Assembly (NCBI GenBank): GCA_951406725.2
Contig: OX597815.1
Location: forward strand, 107,570,001-107,634,000
Direction: 5' to 3'
Length of the DNA: 64,000 nt
DNA from: Octopus vulgaris
Lineage: Eukaryota
Positions within the stretch are counted from its first letter, which is position 1. The number at the start of each line of letters is the position of its first letter. The position numbers and the translations under genes were made by a program. Of this stretch, positions 26,395-39,890 are shown in pieces. The notes under the pieces were generated by a model. That model did no database searches and was not told where the DNA came from. It worked only from the letters and a program-made list of their open reading frames with translations.

Positions 26395-26910
26395 ATATCT
26401 ATGTATCTATCTATGTATGTATCTATCTATCTGTCTGTCTGTCCAGCCATCTATCTGCCTGTTGTCTGTTTATCTATCCAGACAATCTATCTGACTGCCT
26501 GTCTGTTGGCCTGTCTGCCTGTCTCTGTCTCTTTGTTGATCTACCTGTCTGTCTGATTGTCTATCTGCTTATCTGTCTGTCTGCCTATCTGTCTGTTTGT
26601 TTGTCTGCCTGTCTGTCTGTTGATCTATCTGTCTGTCTGTTGGCCTGTCTGCCTGTATCTGTCTCTTTGTTGATCTACCTGTCTGTCTGATTTTCTATCT
26701 GTCTGCCTATCTGTCTGTTTGTCTGTCTGCCTGTCTATCTGTTGATCTATCTGTCTGTTGGCCTGTCTGCCTGTCTCTTTGTTGATGTACCTGTGTCTGT
26801 CTATTTGCTTCTCTGTCTGCCTGTCTGTCTGTTTGCCTACCTGTCTGTCTGCCTGTTTATCTACCTATCTACCTATGTGCCTGTTTGTCTATCTGCCTGT
26901 CTCTTGTCTA
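26395..26910. repeat. Degenerate (CTGT/CTAT)n tetranucleotide array
   Basis: Direct inspection. Confidence 0.9.
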
Positions 26911-27458
26911 CTTTCCTACCATTTCAACCTTCTTTTCAGCTACTCCTGCCCACTCCTATATAATGCTGTGTAGCTTATGTATGCCCTCTACAGCATGACC
27001 CCTATTTCTGTCACTCTCTATCATTCCTTAGCATCAACATCTAGTGTAAAGCCACTTTATACTACACTTCCACTCAATCAAGAGGGCTTCTGTTTACATC
27101 TTGGAAGTTACTCAACAACCTCACTAGTGTCATCCAGACACTCTGTAACCTACAGCACTCTTTAAAGAGGTTGGTGTTAGGAAGGGCGTCCAGCAACAGA
27201 AGCCTTACTAAAGTAAATACTTGAGCAAAGAAGATGGATTTTAAATGATACATTCATGCATGTATACATACATACGTACATACATAAGAAATAAGAAAAC
27301 ACAGTCTTGGATCTAGGTTAGAAACTGGCTGTTTCTCTATTGGTAAGACAGTTTGAAATAAAACTGAAAAACGACATACATACATACATACATACATACA
27401 TACATACATACATACATGCATACATACATACATACATGCATGCATGCATACATGCATG

Positions 27459-27504
<46 letters not shown>

Positions 27505-27507
<3 letters not shown>

Positions 27508-27855
27508 CCAAAAATGTCATCACAGTATTATCTGCCAATGAGACATGATGTCATAGCTAGGACACTCTATAATGAAATCCGTTGGAGAGATAACCCCAAG
27601 GAAACAACAACTCACAGTATGGTGAAAGCCATAGCCACTCACAATAGAATGGAGTACCAGTAGAATGTCCCAGTGAAAAGCTCAATTAAATGTAAACACA
27701 ATAGACTTGATATAATGATTTGGGATAGAGAAGAAAAGCTGTGTACAGTTGTGGAAACTAGCTGCCATGCCAGATGTTAAGATAAAGGTGAAGATCAGGG
27801 GAAAAGAGAATACCTGTGCTGAACTATTGAGAAATCTATAGTTACTCTATCCTGG
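27505..27855 (+). pseudogene. RLE-type (R4/NeSL-like) LINE endonuclease fragment
   Basis: PKMSSQYYLPMRHDVIARTLY, then NVPVKSSIKCKHNRLDIMIWDREEKLCTVVETSC (RHD and NRPD-like motifs). Confidence 0.75.
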
Positions 27856-28244
27856 ACTTTCTAGAAGCATAATATTATACATATAATTGGGACTTTTGCC
27901 CAGTTTGTCCCTTTTAAGCCTTTCTTATCACATCATCCCTTTATCATTCATATATCCATTCCATCACGCTTTTAACTACAGCACTATTCTGTTACTGTAA
28001 TTAAATAAGAGTACAATTATATACTTGCAACACATAATACTGGGGTCACAAAAAAGCACTGAGTACCCTCTGTGAGATGATTGACAATATGAAGGGCATC
28101 CAGTCATAGAAACTATGCTAAAACATACATTAGAACAAGACGCTACTAGATCCTGTCAAAGCCTATATCAGCACAGAAAGCCAGAAAACAGATATAAAAA
28201 TAACAAAGATGATGATGATAATGATGATTATGCTTCATGTATAT

Positions 28245-28279
<35 letters not shown>

Positions 28280-28834
28280 TGAATGTATATATAAGATATA
28301 TATACATACCGTTCTCATACACAAATTCTCACAAACACTACTATAAACATAAATATATATATATAAAATATAGTTGACATATTTATAAAAAAAAAAAAGT
28401 TATTTTAAAAATTGCATTAATCCTATTTTCCAAACTTAAATCCGGATTCTTGAGCATTATGCTCTAAAGATTTACACCCAAAGAAATCTTAAGTGAATTT
28501 ACAATATTTTGACAGTTTGCAACATGCCTTGGTGTCAGTTTGTAGCGATGGTCAGGTTATTATGAAACCAGTAATTTTCTTATTCAGTTCTATTGTATCT
28601 GCCGATGAAGGCAATGGAATGTGCATATCATATATATTTTTATAGCTAATTAAATTAACTGCCACCACCACATACTGTATATGTATGTATGTATGTATGT
28701 ACATATATATATGTAAATAAATATATGCTTGTATATATAAACACACACATACACATACATATATATATACATAATGGGATAAAAATCATTGGACCTGATA
28801 TTAATTGCATTCTATATACATACACACACACATG

Positions 28835-28892
<58 letters not shown>

Positions 28893-28893
<1 letters not shown>

Positions 28894-29618
28894 GAAGGGT
28901 GCAGTGAATAAACTGTCGCCTAAATTACACAAAAATGAAAATATACCAAAACTACGAGTAAATTTATTCAATAAAGTCAACATTGGCTTCAACCATGGCC
29001 TCCATCTTTGGTGTTACAAGGGATTTTGTTGGTCCCTTGCTCAACTGCACCTTGCACATAATAATCAAGGGAGTTGCAGTTTGGGGAGTTAGCAGGCCAG
29101 ATGTTAGGGGTGATGTGGTTGCAGAAATTGTCTGACAGCCATGACTGGGTTCTCCTGCATGTGTGGCATGGTACAGATCCACACATAGGGTCCTCCAGCA
29201 GCCACCCTCTTGACCCAGGGCAGCACTACTTCCTCCAGGCACTTGATATAGGCCTCCATGTTGAGTCCGGGCTGTGTAGGAAGATTAATGGAGGCATAAC
29301 GTCACCATCACTAGTGATCATTCCAAACACCATGATGTTGACTGGATGTTTAATTTTTATCACTCTCAGTACATGTCCCCAGATTGACACCCAAACACTG
29401 TGAAATGATTGTATTGGAGCTACCTGTATGAATGCCAAGCAGTACAGCATGTTGTTTCCAAATCTCTGGCAGAGTGAATTACATCATGGTGGTGTTTTTC
29501 TCATAGACAATGTCCAACTGATCCTACTATACTGTGTAGTCAACAAAATCAAGAACAAGTAATGCGCATATTTGAAATTAAAAATATAAAATGGTGACAA
29601 TTTACCCATCACAACCTG
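28893..29618 (-). mobile_element. Internally deleted maT (DD37D-like) Tc1/mariner element
   Basis: KHPVNIMVFGMITSDGDVMPP and WPANSPNCNSLDYYV motifs; imperfect terminal inverted repeats; right end ...CCTG|TA. Confidence 0.75.
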
Positions 29619-29658
<40 letters not shown>

Positions 29659-29662
29659 TATA

Positions 29663-30455
29663 TCAGGTCATCCCATAAGTTCTGTCCGAATTTTGAATAA
29701 AGAAAACAAGTGATCAAATGTTATATTTAATTGAAATTTAATCATCCGATTATCTATGACTTCCTTCCATCTATTTACAAGCTTTTTAATCCCATCAATG
29801 TAAAACAGTTTTTGTTTCAAAGCGAAGAACTCTGAAATGTCAGTTTCGACTTCCTCCTGGCTTGCAAAAGTTATGTCCCCCAAATGATTCTCTAAACTAT
29901 GAAACAAATGGTAGTCTGAAGGAGCAAGGTCAGGAGAATAAGGTGGATGAGGAATTTTTTCCCAGCCAAGCTCTTCGATCTTCTGTGATGTGATCTTTGC
30001 AGTGTGGGGTCGCGCATTGTCCTGATGAAACATCACTCCTTTTCGATTCACTAAAGTGGGTCTTTTTTTCTTCAAAGCTTGGTTCAAATGCTCTAATTGC
30101 TGACAGTAGACTTGAGCATTGATTTTTGCATTAGGTGGTAACAATTCTAAGTGAATTACTCCTTTGCAATCCCACCAAATAGAGAGAAAAACCATTTTCC
30201 CATGAAGTTCCCTTCTTGGTTGTGGTTGAGCTTTTTCCCTTTTACCAAGCCACTGTTTATGACGTTTAACATTTCAATAGAAGATCCATTTTTCGTCACC
30301 AGTCACAAGTCTATCCAAAAAGGGTGAAATGAGTTCATGAGAATAGAGAGAAGAGCAGCTGTCAACTCGGGATTTGTGGTTGCTTTCCAAGTTGTTGAAG
30401 ATGACAATGAACAGTTGTACGGTTTGAACCAAGCTTTATTGCCAATTCTTCATAC
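29663..30455 (-). mobile_element. mariner (DD34D) transposon, 5'-truncated
   Basis: VTGDEKW, FHQDNARPH and PHPPYSPDLAPSDYHLF with 34 residues between the last two Asp; one putative end TA|TCAGGTCATCCCATAAGTTCTGTCCG. Confidence 0.92.
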
Positions 30456-31747
30456 TACACACACACATATGCACATACACATAACTAATTTTTAAGATGC
30501 CAAGGAAGGGAAAGAAAGGTGAGTCTGTGTGTGTGTAACATCCTATAACTGTCAGTCTCTCTACTTTTGTTGGGTTTTCCCTGTTGCTGTCACATGTGAA
30601 ATTCTAAAATTACATCAAGTTTTCAAATTTGGTATATTGAAATAATTTTCCACATTAAATCCGATTTTGTTATTTATTTGTTCCAGAAAACTTGCAGAAA
30701 AATGTTACTGAGGTTTAAAGTTTAATTGATTTTACCTAAACAGAAACAGGATTTAGAAGCTGGCATTATCTGCATGATAGTTGTCTATCACAAAATGAAA
30801 GCAAAACCATTAGGAGGAAGAATTTTTATTAAACAAATGAAAGCAAAGCATTATGATGACCAAAGTTGTAAGAGCTTCTGAAGTTTTAATAAGTTTTAAT
30901 GAATAAAGTCATGTGAAACAGTTGAACAGATATGTAAATAAACCCAGTGGATGGGTTTCTTCCATAGGATTCTGACTTCAAACTTTGGTTTAAAAAATTT
31001 TCTTTTTTATTTCTAAACTTTAGTCAGAGGGATCAACAGTGTCCTTGACAATATTACATTCCAGGGAGGGTGGTGAGCAAATTTCTTTTGTCTAACTAGA
31101 GGACACCACCCGCTCCAGACAGAGCAGCAGCATCACAGACTCTGGACTCCTCTCTGTTGAATTATTCTATGTTAGCTGGTTTAATTATGATTTCTACTGT
31201 CAAAGGAAATGCATCTCTAATTTTTTTCTTTTTTTTTTTTCTTTTTCCATTTTTATTCACCCTTTTCTTCTCATTCTGTTGTCTCAACCTTCTTGTTTTC
31301 CCTTGTGATTTCTCATGTACTAGTGTCCTGTTTTTCAAATAGAACAAACCACGGGCCCTAAGCCCGAAGATTGCTTAGAGCCTCAGGGCATGTTATAAAA
31401 ATTTACCTAACAACATGAATGGCAAGAAACTATTAGTAGCTCTTATTTTAATACAGTGTACATTAAATGGCCAAATGGTTTGGGTGTTTGCTCTCTTGAC
31501 TGTGAGATTGTGATTTCAATTCCTAGGTCAGAATTCTTAATTGAGTAAAACAATTCATCTCACATTGCTCAGCAATCATTTGGACACCTTACACATGGCA
31601 CACTGTGCACCTGTGCAGACAACGTCAATTAGATGGAGATGTGTAGGTCATTCGGCAAAAAGCTGAACACTCATACATTGTCTTCGACAGGAGAGGCCAT
31701 CATATCTCTCTCTCTTTCTCTCTCTCTCTATATATATATATGCATGT

Positions 31748-31917
31748 AGGCGTAGGAGTGGCTGTGTGGTAAGTAGCTTGCTTACCAACCACATGGTTTT
31801 GGGGTCAGTCCCACTGCGTGGCACCTTGGGCAAGTGTCTTCTACTATAGCCTTGGGCCGACCAAAGCCTTGTGAGTGGATTTGGGAGACGGAAACTGAAA
31901 GAAGCCCGTCGTATATA

Positions 31918-31961
<44 letters not shown>

Positions 31962-32181
31962 TGTGTGTGTGTGTGTATGTTTGTGTGTGTGTGTTTGTTC
32001 CCACAACATCGCTTGACAACCAATACTGGTGAGTTTACGTCCCTGTAACTCAGCGGTTTGGCAAAAGACACCAATAGAATAAGTACTAGGCTTACAAAGA
32101 ATAAGTCCTGGGATCGATTTGCTCGACTAAAGACAGTGCTCCAGCATGGTCACAGTCAAATGACTGAAACAAGTAAAAGAG
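31748..32181 (+). mobile_element. SINE family A, well-preserved full-length copy
   Basis: GGCGTAGGAGTGGCTGTGTGGTAAG (A box)...GGTCAGTCCC (B box)...microsatellite...GACTGAAACAAGTAAAAGA. Confidence 0.9.
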
Positions 32182-32599
32182 TATATATATGGTCCATGTA
32201 ATATATTTATTTGAACATATATATGTCTTTAAACATTTCATGTATCTTTCCTCATTTTATTATCAGTTGGAATTTGACTTAATTCTATATTTTAGTTAGC
32301 TTCATTGAGTACTTTGGTAGATTTCACATATAAATATTCATGACGTAGCCAGGGAAACATTTACTTTCATTGTTTTATTTATGGTACTATACTGCAGCAG
32401 ACTATTTGTGCAGTGCTATAGCTATGGAATGAAATCAAAGACATAATCTATTATACACACAACATTTATATTATTTATAACCATGTGTATGATAAACTAT
32501 GGAAGAAAATCAAAGACATAATCTGTTATAGATAGAACATTTATATCATTTATATTGTTCAAAAGGCAAAGACTGATAAATAAATATTTAAAATTAACT

Positions 32600-32646
<47 letters not shown>

Positions 32647-33039
32647 ATGTGGGTGTTTACTTGTATGCACATTTGTCTAGACATACAGTGATGGTTATAA
32701 ATGAGCATCATCATATCGTCACACAAGTTTCTAGTCTTTTGTGAAAACCATATCTGACCATGGGGAAATATTACCTTGCATGGAAACAAATGAGTGTTGT
32801 TGGCAGAAAGGGCTGTCAGAGAAATGTCAGAGAAGAGGTTAGAAAGTTCTAAGTTATTAGCATTATTAATATTATTATTACTATTATTGTTATTATGGCT
32901 ATCATTGTTATTAACTATTCTATCTGTAAGGATGGTGGAAGTTGTGGTAGCATTCTGGGTAGTGTTAGTAGGATGGGTTGGGTTATGGTTGTGGTCTAAT
33001 GTATGGGGTTCAATGCTGGAGTTGTGTACATGTTGGGCA

Positions 33040-33290
33040 CTCGTGTATTTATAGTTGTTATAGTGTGAGTTTGATAGTAGAGAAAAAGCCTTTGTTTATT
33101 AGAGGCTGCTATGAAAGACTTGAAGTTGGGTGGGGTGGAATAGGATAGCTTCAGGATGGATCTATTAAAGATAGAGTAATATTTATGTTGACGAGGGAAG
33201 TTGAAGTCCAGTATATTAAAGAAGGATTTAGCCAAGTTCCTTACATTTAGTAAGAAGTGGGGTGTATACCATAGAATAGAGCACTCACCA
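33040..33290 (-). pseudogene. Penelope-like (Naiad-type) ORF fragment
   Basis: FFNILDFNFPRQHKYYSIFNRSILKLSYSTPPN aligns by eye with IFSIISNNFPPTHKYRSIFSNKTIRISYSTLPN at about 58600-58720. Confidence 0.8.
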
Positions 33291-33884
33291 CTTTTTTTAT
33301 GGGTGCTTAGGCATAGTGCTATCTATATTTTTGGAAAATGGAGGGGATGATATAAAATGGGATGATCCAAAAATGGATGATGATGTATATATATATATAT
33401 CATCATCAAACGTTTGTGCTCCATGCTAGCATAGGTGGGATCGTACCAAAAGAGCCAGCCAGGCTGAAGCCTGCACCAGACTTCTTTGACTGTTTTTGGC
33501 AGGTTTTTTGCAGCCAGATGCCCTTCCTAACACCAACCACTCAGCAGAGTGGAGTTAGTGCTTTTTATGCACAGGCGAGGTGAGTCGTGCTTTTTATGTG
33601 GCACAAGCACAGGTGAGGTCAGTTTTGGCAAGGTTTTTACAGCTGGATGCTCTTCTGAACACCAACCACTTTACAGTGTGCACTGGGTGCTTTTAAGTGG
33701 CACCTGCACTGACTGGATCACCAAGTACTTGCAAGAGGGGGGGAGACATTGGAGAAAAGGTTACAGTGAGACGTGAGACAGATATAGGTTTCTTGCTGAA
33801 GGGAAAGAACAAGATCAGGAATAAAGAGAGAAACAGGTATGCTACTGCAAAGAAATACATGGTTGCCCAACCTGAGGGAAGTGT

Positions 33885-33984
<100 letters not shown>

Positions 33985-35000
33985 CCACTGGATGGAAATG
34001 GTGGCAAAATGCTGGGCATACTCTCAAGGAATGGAGATCAGAGTATAAATGAAATGGCTGAATAAAGGAAAAGAGAGATATAGATAGTGGCAAGTGCCAA
34101 GGCATACCCTTGAGGTTCAAATGCCATAATATATGTGACAGGATATTGTGAAGAGAGTGTGATTAAAGAGTGCAAGTAAGTGACAAAAGACCTGGGTATA
34201 TATAGAGTTGGAGGGGTTACTGGATAGGAATGATACAGAGGAACAGGGATGTGAGGACAAGATTGGGGAGTGAGAGCTAGGCATAGTGAATGAAGGAGGA
34301 AATGCAAGAAAGATATGTAAATTGGTTTGTTGGGTTTAGGATGAGAGAAAAGTTTTCTTGTTATGTGTGGGTGGAACACCCAGGCTGGAGGCTAGCAGAT
34401 GGCAATAATATAGTAAGACAAGGTATGTGGGTACACAAGGCAGGTTAAGGGCAAGTAGAGAGCAATGATACAGTGGCAGAGGGCCAAGAGGACAATATTG
34501 GGAAGTGGGAGGTAATCATAGTACATGAAGCTGAAATGTGAGGAAGAGGAGGGATGTAGAGACATAATTTGGTTTGTTGTGGTAGAGTGTCTGAGAAGTT
34601 TTCTACACAGCACTTCTAGAAATCCGTTTCACTGATGTGGGCAGGTTTTCTCAAGAACTTCATATCATGAGACATCTCAGTCCATGGTCATTTCCTCTGT
34701 GAAGTCCAACTTATTAATATTTAGCAGAAGCAGTAGTGTCACTCAATGGCCAAGAGTTATGTGCTTTAGCACTTATCAAGCTAGTTACAGATTGAGGGGT
34801 GGTAAATTTATATACCTCAATAATAATATTTCTCTGACTAGTTTTGGAACAGATTATAAAAATAATTACAAAGTGACATGGAAAAATTACTTTTTTCAAT
34901 TAGTTTGCCCATTATGTTGTGCAATATTGCCCTTTATATCATTCAATAAGTTTGCCTGTTATGCCATTCAATGTATATTTATATATATATATATATATAT

Positions 35001-35517
35001 ATCATCATCATCATCATCATCGTCATTTAACGTTCGCTTTCCATGCTAGCATGGGTTGGACGGTTCAACTGGGGTCTGGGGAGCCCGAAGGCTGCACCAG
35101 GCCAGTCAGATCTGGCAGTGTTTCTACAGCTGGATGCCCTTCCTAACGCCAACCACTCCGAGAGTGTAGTGGGTGATTTTATGTGCCACCGACACAGGTG
35201 CCAGACGAGGCTGGCGAACGGCCATGCTCGGATGGTGTTTTTATGTGCCACCGACACAGGTGCCAGACGAGGCTGGCAGACGGCCACGCTCGGATGGTGT
35301 TTTTTATGTGCCACCGACACAGGTGCCAGATGAGGCTGGTGAACGGCCACGATCGGATGGTGTTTGTTACGTGCCCACAGCATGGAGGCCAGTCGATGCA
35401 GTACTGGCTACGGCCACGTTTGGATGGTTTTCTTGTGTGCCACCGGCAAGGGTACCACAAAGATACAAATTCCATTGATGTTCATCTATTTTGATTTTGT
35501 TTGATTTTCTCTTGCCT

Positions 35518-35520
<3 letters not shown>
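35001..35520 (-). mobile_element. RTE family B 3' UTR with three near-identical ~62-bp units
   Basis: TTTTATGTGCCACCGACACAGGTGCCAGACGAGGCTGGC repeated from about 35177, 35239 and 35302. Confidence 0.9.
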
Positions 35521-35556
<36 letters not shown>

Positions 35557-35981
35557 ATACATATAATTATAAAACTTATAGGTTACTTTATAGTACATTC
35601 TACTTGGTTGGGTAACTACTGTACTTAGTTCACTCAGATTGTGTGTTTCAGTGTTTTATCGCACTTTTCTCAACAGTGGAAATATGTATGTAGTGCGGAG
35701 TATTAAAACATGTAAGTTTTGCCAATATAGCCATACATAAGCAGAATAATATTATACATAGGTTATGTCTTTGAATTTGTTCCATAATTAAGATTGTCTA
35801 ATCACCAACAACTCTTAGAGTAGGAAAGTGACAAGTGTGTAACAAAGGAGGTTTGACCTACAGTGCACTCTCCTATAAAAGCTAGTATTGACAGAGACCT
35901 CCTGTGTAATTATGGTTGGAAATTAAGTAGAAACGTAGATAGATAGATAAGTAGAAAGAAATATGTGTGTGTGTATATGTG

Positions 35982-36092
<111 letters not shown>

Positions 36093-36389
36093 AGTGGTCA
36101 GAGTGTTCTATTTCAAAGACTGTACAGTTGTCAATGTTATTAAACTTGTCATTTATGGTGATTATTTCTATATGAGAAGTCAGCATCTACTTATTTGGAG
36201 AATAAGGTGCAGAGAGGTTTTAAGTGTTAAGTACATTGTACTCTAGCTGGTCCGTATATGTAATGCCTAATGGAAATATTAGATTTGACCCAACAGTAGT
36301 CCTAAAATTTCTTTCCATATATACACATGCATACATACATTATTTGATATTACATCCATCCATCCATCTATCTATCTATATTATATATG

Positions 36390-36494
36390 TATCATCATCG
36401 TCGTCGTTTAACGTCCACCTTCCATGCTGGCATGGGTGGGACAGTTTACCAGGAGCTGGCCAGACAGGAGCCTGCACCATGCTTCTGTAACTGT

Positions 36495-36549
<55 letters not shown>

Positions 36550-36902
36550 TATCATCATCATCATCACCATCATTTAACATCTGCTTTCCATGCTGGGTGG
36601 GTTGGACGGCTTGACTGAAGACTGGCAAGCCAGGAGGCTGCACCAGGCTCCAATCTGATCTGGTAATGTTTCTACAGCTGGATGCCCTTCCTAATGCTAA
36701 CCACTCCAAGAGTGTAGCGGGCGCTGTTTACATATCATCGGCACAGGAGTCAGTCAAGCGGCACTGGCATTGACCATGCTCAAATGCTGCTTTTTATGTG
36801 CCACCAGCATGGGAGCCAGTCAGGCAGCACTGGCATCAAGGATGCTTGAATGGTCTTGTTTATGTGCCACCAGTATGGGTGCCAGTCAGGCAGCACTAGC
36901 AT
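36390..36902 (-). mobile_element. Two RTE family B 3' ends separated by microsatellite
   Basis: (CAT)n-TTTAAC..TTCCATGCTGG starts at about 36391 and 36551. Confidence 0.8.
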
Positions 36903-37001
36903 AAATATATGTGTGTGTATGTATGTATATACATATATAAGTATATATATAAATTTGATTCACAATGTATCGATTCAAGTAATCTGGTAGTACTCATAAC
37001 A

Positions 37002-37002
<1 letters not shown>

Positions 37003-37041
<39 letters not shown>

Positions 37042-37066
37042 GTAGATAGATAGATAGATAAACAGG

Positions 37067-37109
<43 letters not shown>

Positions 37110-37240
37110 GTAGATAGGTAGATAGATAGATTAGATAGGTAGATAGGTAGATAGATAGGTAGATAGGTAGATAGATAGGTAGATAGGTAGGTAGGTAGGT
37201 AGATAGGTAGGTAGATAGGTAGGTAGATAGGTAGATAGAT
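37003..37240. repeat. (TAGA)n/(TAGG)n array
   Basis: Direct inspection. Confidence 0.95.
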
Positions 37241-37329
37241 ATATAGTTGTCTAAGAATCCATAAGTTAGAAAATAGGCATTCTATTTTGTCAATAGAATC
37301 AGTATATGAATAAAAGTATACAATATCTC

Positions 37330-37537
37330 AGATCTGTTATAGTTGATCTTACCAACTGGTTTTGCACAGGATATCAGAAAACTGGGTTATCTAATACATG
37401 TGCTCTTCAGGGATGGCAGGTATGGAAAAAATATGGTGACTGCCCTCTGTTGTAAGGGGCGAAGAAGTGTGGAAGTGCTACATCTAGTTTGTAGGTGTTG
37501 TGGAAAACTGATTGGTAAGATCAGCTGTAATGGATCT
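37330..37537. mobile_element. MITE-like element with ~35-bp imperfect terminal inverted repeats
   Basis: GATCTGTTATAGTTGATCTTACCAACTGGTTTT versus AAAACTGATTGGTAAGATCAGCTGTAATGGATC; related sequence near 24877-25020 and 3275-3305. Confidence 0.55.
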
Positions 37538-37578
37538 ATAATACTGAATACTTTGATCAATATATATATGTGTATATA

Positions 37579-37611
<33 letters not shown>

Positions 37612-37613
<2 letters not shown>

Positions 37614-38868
37614 CCCCTCAGGTAGGTGGCCCTGCTCGATCTGTAGAAAAGGTGTAGGTAGAAACTCCAGAAGATGTACCCAGTGTATGCTATGGACACA
37701 TAAGAGGTGCAGCAACATCAAAGGAAAATTACCCGAGAAGATAGCTTTCATGTGCAACAGATGTACAGGGGCAATAGACACCACAGATACTCAGAAAACA
37801 GATTCCATCACACTCCAGGGGGAGAAACTAGAAGTAGTTGATAGCTTCCGCTACCTAGGTGACCAAGTTAGTAGTGGGGGTGGATGCTCAGAGAGTGTTA
37901 CCACTAGCATAAGAATAGCCTGGGAAAGTATAGAAAGCTTCTTCCCTTACTGGTGACAAAGGGTCTCTCACTCAGAGTGAAAGGTGACTTGTACGATGCA
38001 TGTGTGCGAACTGCCATGCTTACCAGCAGTGAAACAAGAACTGTAATGGTAGAGGACATGTGTAGGCTTGAAAGAAACGAATCTAGCATGATCCGCTGGA
38101 TGTGTAATGTCAATGTGCATGCATGACAGAGTGTAAGTGCCCAGAGAGAAATGTTGGATATAAGAAACATCGGATGTGGCATGCAGGAGAGACGTTTGCG
38201 TTGGAATGGTCATGTACTATGGATGGATGAGGAGATATGTGCAAAGAAGTGCCAATCCCAAACAGTTAAAGGAATCTGGGGTAGAGGTAGACCCAGGAAG
38301 ACATGGGATGAGGTGGTCAAGCATGACCTTCGAACGTTGGGCCTCACTGAGGCAATGATGGAAGACTGAGACCTCTGGAGATATACTGTGACTGCGAGAC
38401 CTGACAAATAACGTGAGTTAATGGCTTGCAGGATGGCCTGCTGTGCTTACCTTGGATTGTAGGGCGACTTGCTGTGCTTGAGGAGACCTATTGAGTCAAG
38501 TATATCAACTTCAAAATAAAAATCAAATGGAAATTGTAGTTGTGATACCCATGTCGGTGGCACATAGAAAACACTATCTGAATGTGGCCGATGCCAGCGT
38601 CACCTTGACTTGCATCTGTGCCAGTGACACGTAAAAAGCACCAACTGATCATGGACGTTGCCAGCCTTCTCTCACCACTGTGCCAGTGGCACATAAAAAG
38701 CACCTACTACACTCACAGAGTGGTTGGCATTAGGAAGAGCATCCAGCTGTAGAAACATTGCCAGATCAGACTGGAGCCTGGTGCAGCCTCCTGGCTTCCC
38801 AAACCACAGTCGAATTGTCCAACCCATGCTAGCATGGAAAACGGACATTAAACAATAATGATGATGAT
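37612..38868 (+). mobile_element. RTE family B LINE 3' portion (PHD finger, RT end, C-terminus, 3' UTR)
   Basis: CSIC..CTQC..HKRC..CNRC, EVVDSFRYLGD, RRLRWNGHV, GRGRPRKTW; tandem-repeat UTR; (GAT)n tail. Confidence 0.92.
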
Positions 38869-39486
38869 ATATATATATATATCATCATCATCATCATCAT
38901 TTAATGTCTGTTTTCCGTGTTGGCATGGGTTGGACGGCTTGTCAAAATTGGAAGTATGTATAGCTTACAATAATTCCAAAGACTTGGTTAATGTCTGAGG
39001 ATATGAAACAAAAGCAGTAAAGATTACACCATCCTACCACTTCATTAGGGTACATAAACCAAATCCAAGTGAAATCTTGGAACTCTCAACTCTGACACAC
39101 ATGGCCCAATCTATAAAATTTCCTGGACCTTGTCCCAATTTCCCAAACTTTTATTTCTTGCTCTTGGTCATGTCAACAGCTCAAATGATGTCTATAAGAA
39201 ACTCAAAGAACTCAACCATACCACAACTAAACATATCATTGACCATGCCAACCTTGAAGTTGTTTCCTCCTGTGTCTCTGTATTATTATAAATGCAAAGC
39301 AATACCATACACTTGCCTCCCGAGTTTCGTTTTCCATACAGTATGTGCAATTCTTTGTTTACTCATCTATGCTACATTACATATTTTCTTTTAATATATT
39401 TTAATTAATGTGTTATACAGTGTAGTACTGTACTATATTTTTATTTATCAATTTATTAATTTTTAGGTGTGAAAATGCTTATTTTA

Positions 39487-39890
39487 TCATCATCATCATC
39501 ATCATCATCATCGTTTAGCGTCCGCTTTCCATGCTAGCATGGGTTGGGTGGGTCAACTGGGGTCTGTGAAGCTGGAAGGCTTCGTCAGGCCCAGTCAGAT
39601 CTGGTAGTGTTTCTACGGCTGGATGCCCTTCCTAACGCCAACCACTCCGTGAGTGTGTGGGTGTTTTTTACGTGCCACCTGCACAGGTGCCAGACAGAGC
39701 TGGCAAACGGCCACAAACGGATGGTGCTTTTACGTGTCACCGGCACGGGGCGAGGCGATGCTGGCAACGGACACGAACGGATGGTGCTTTTATGTGCCAC
39801 CGACACGGGGCCAGACAGAGCTGGCAACCGGCCACGAACGGACGGTGCTTTTACGTGTCACTGGCACGGGGGCCAGCCGAGGCTGGCAAG
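39487..39890 (-). mobile_element. RTE family B 3' UTR with ~60-bp tandem units
   Basis: (CAT)n tail, conserved terminus, 3-4 units containing GCTTTTACGTGTCACCGGCACGGGG. Confidence 0.88.

Noticed and set aside
35177-35370. CRISPR-like regular repeats
   Set aside because: Whole units repeat with no unique spacers, the context is eukaryotic, and they belong to a LINE 3' UTR
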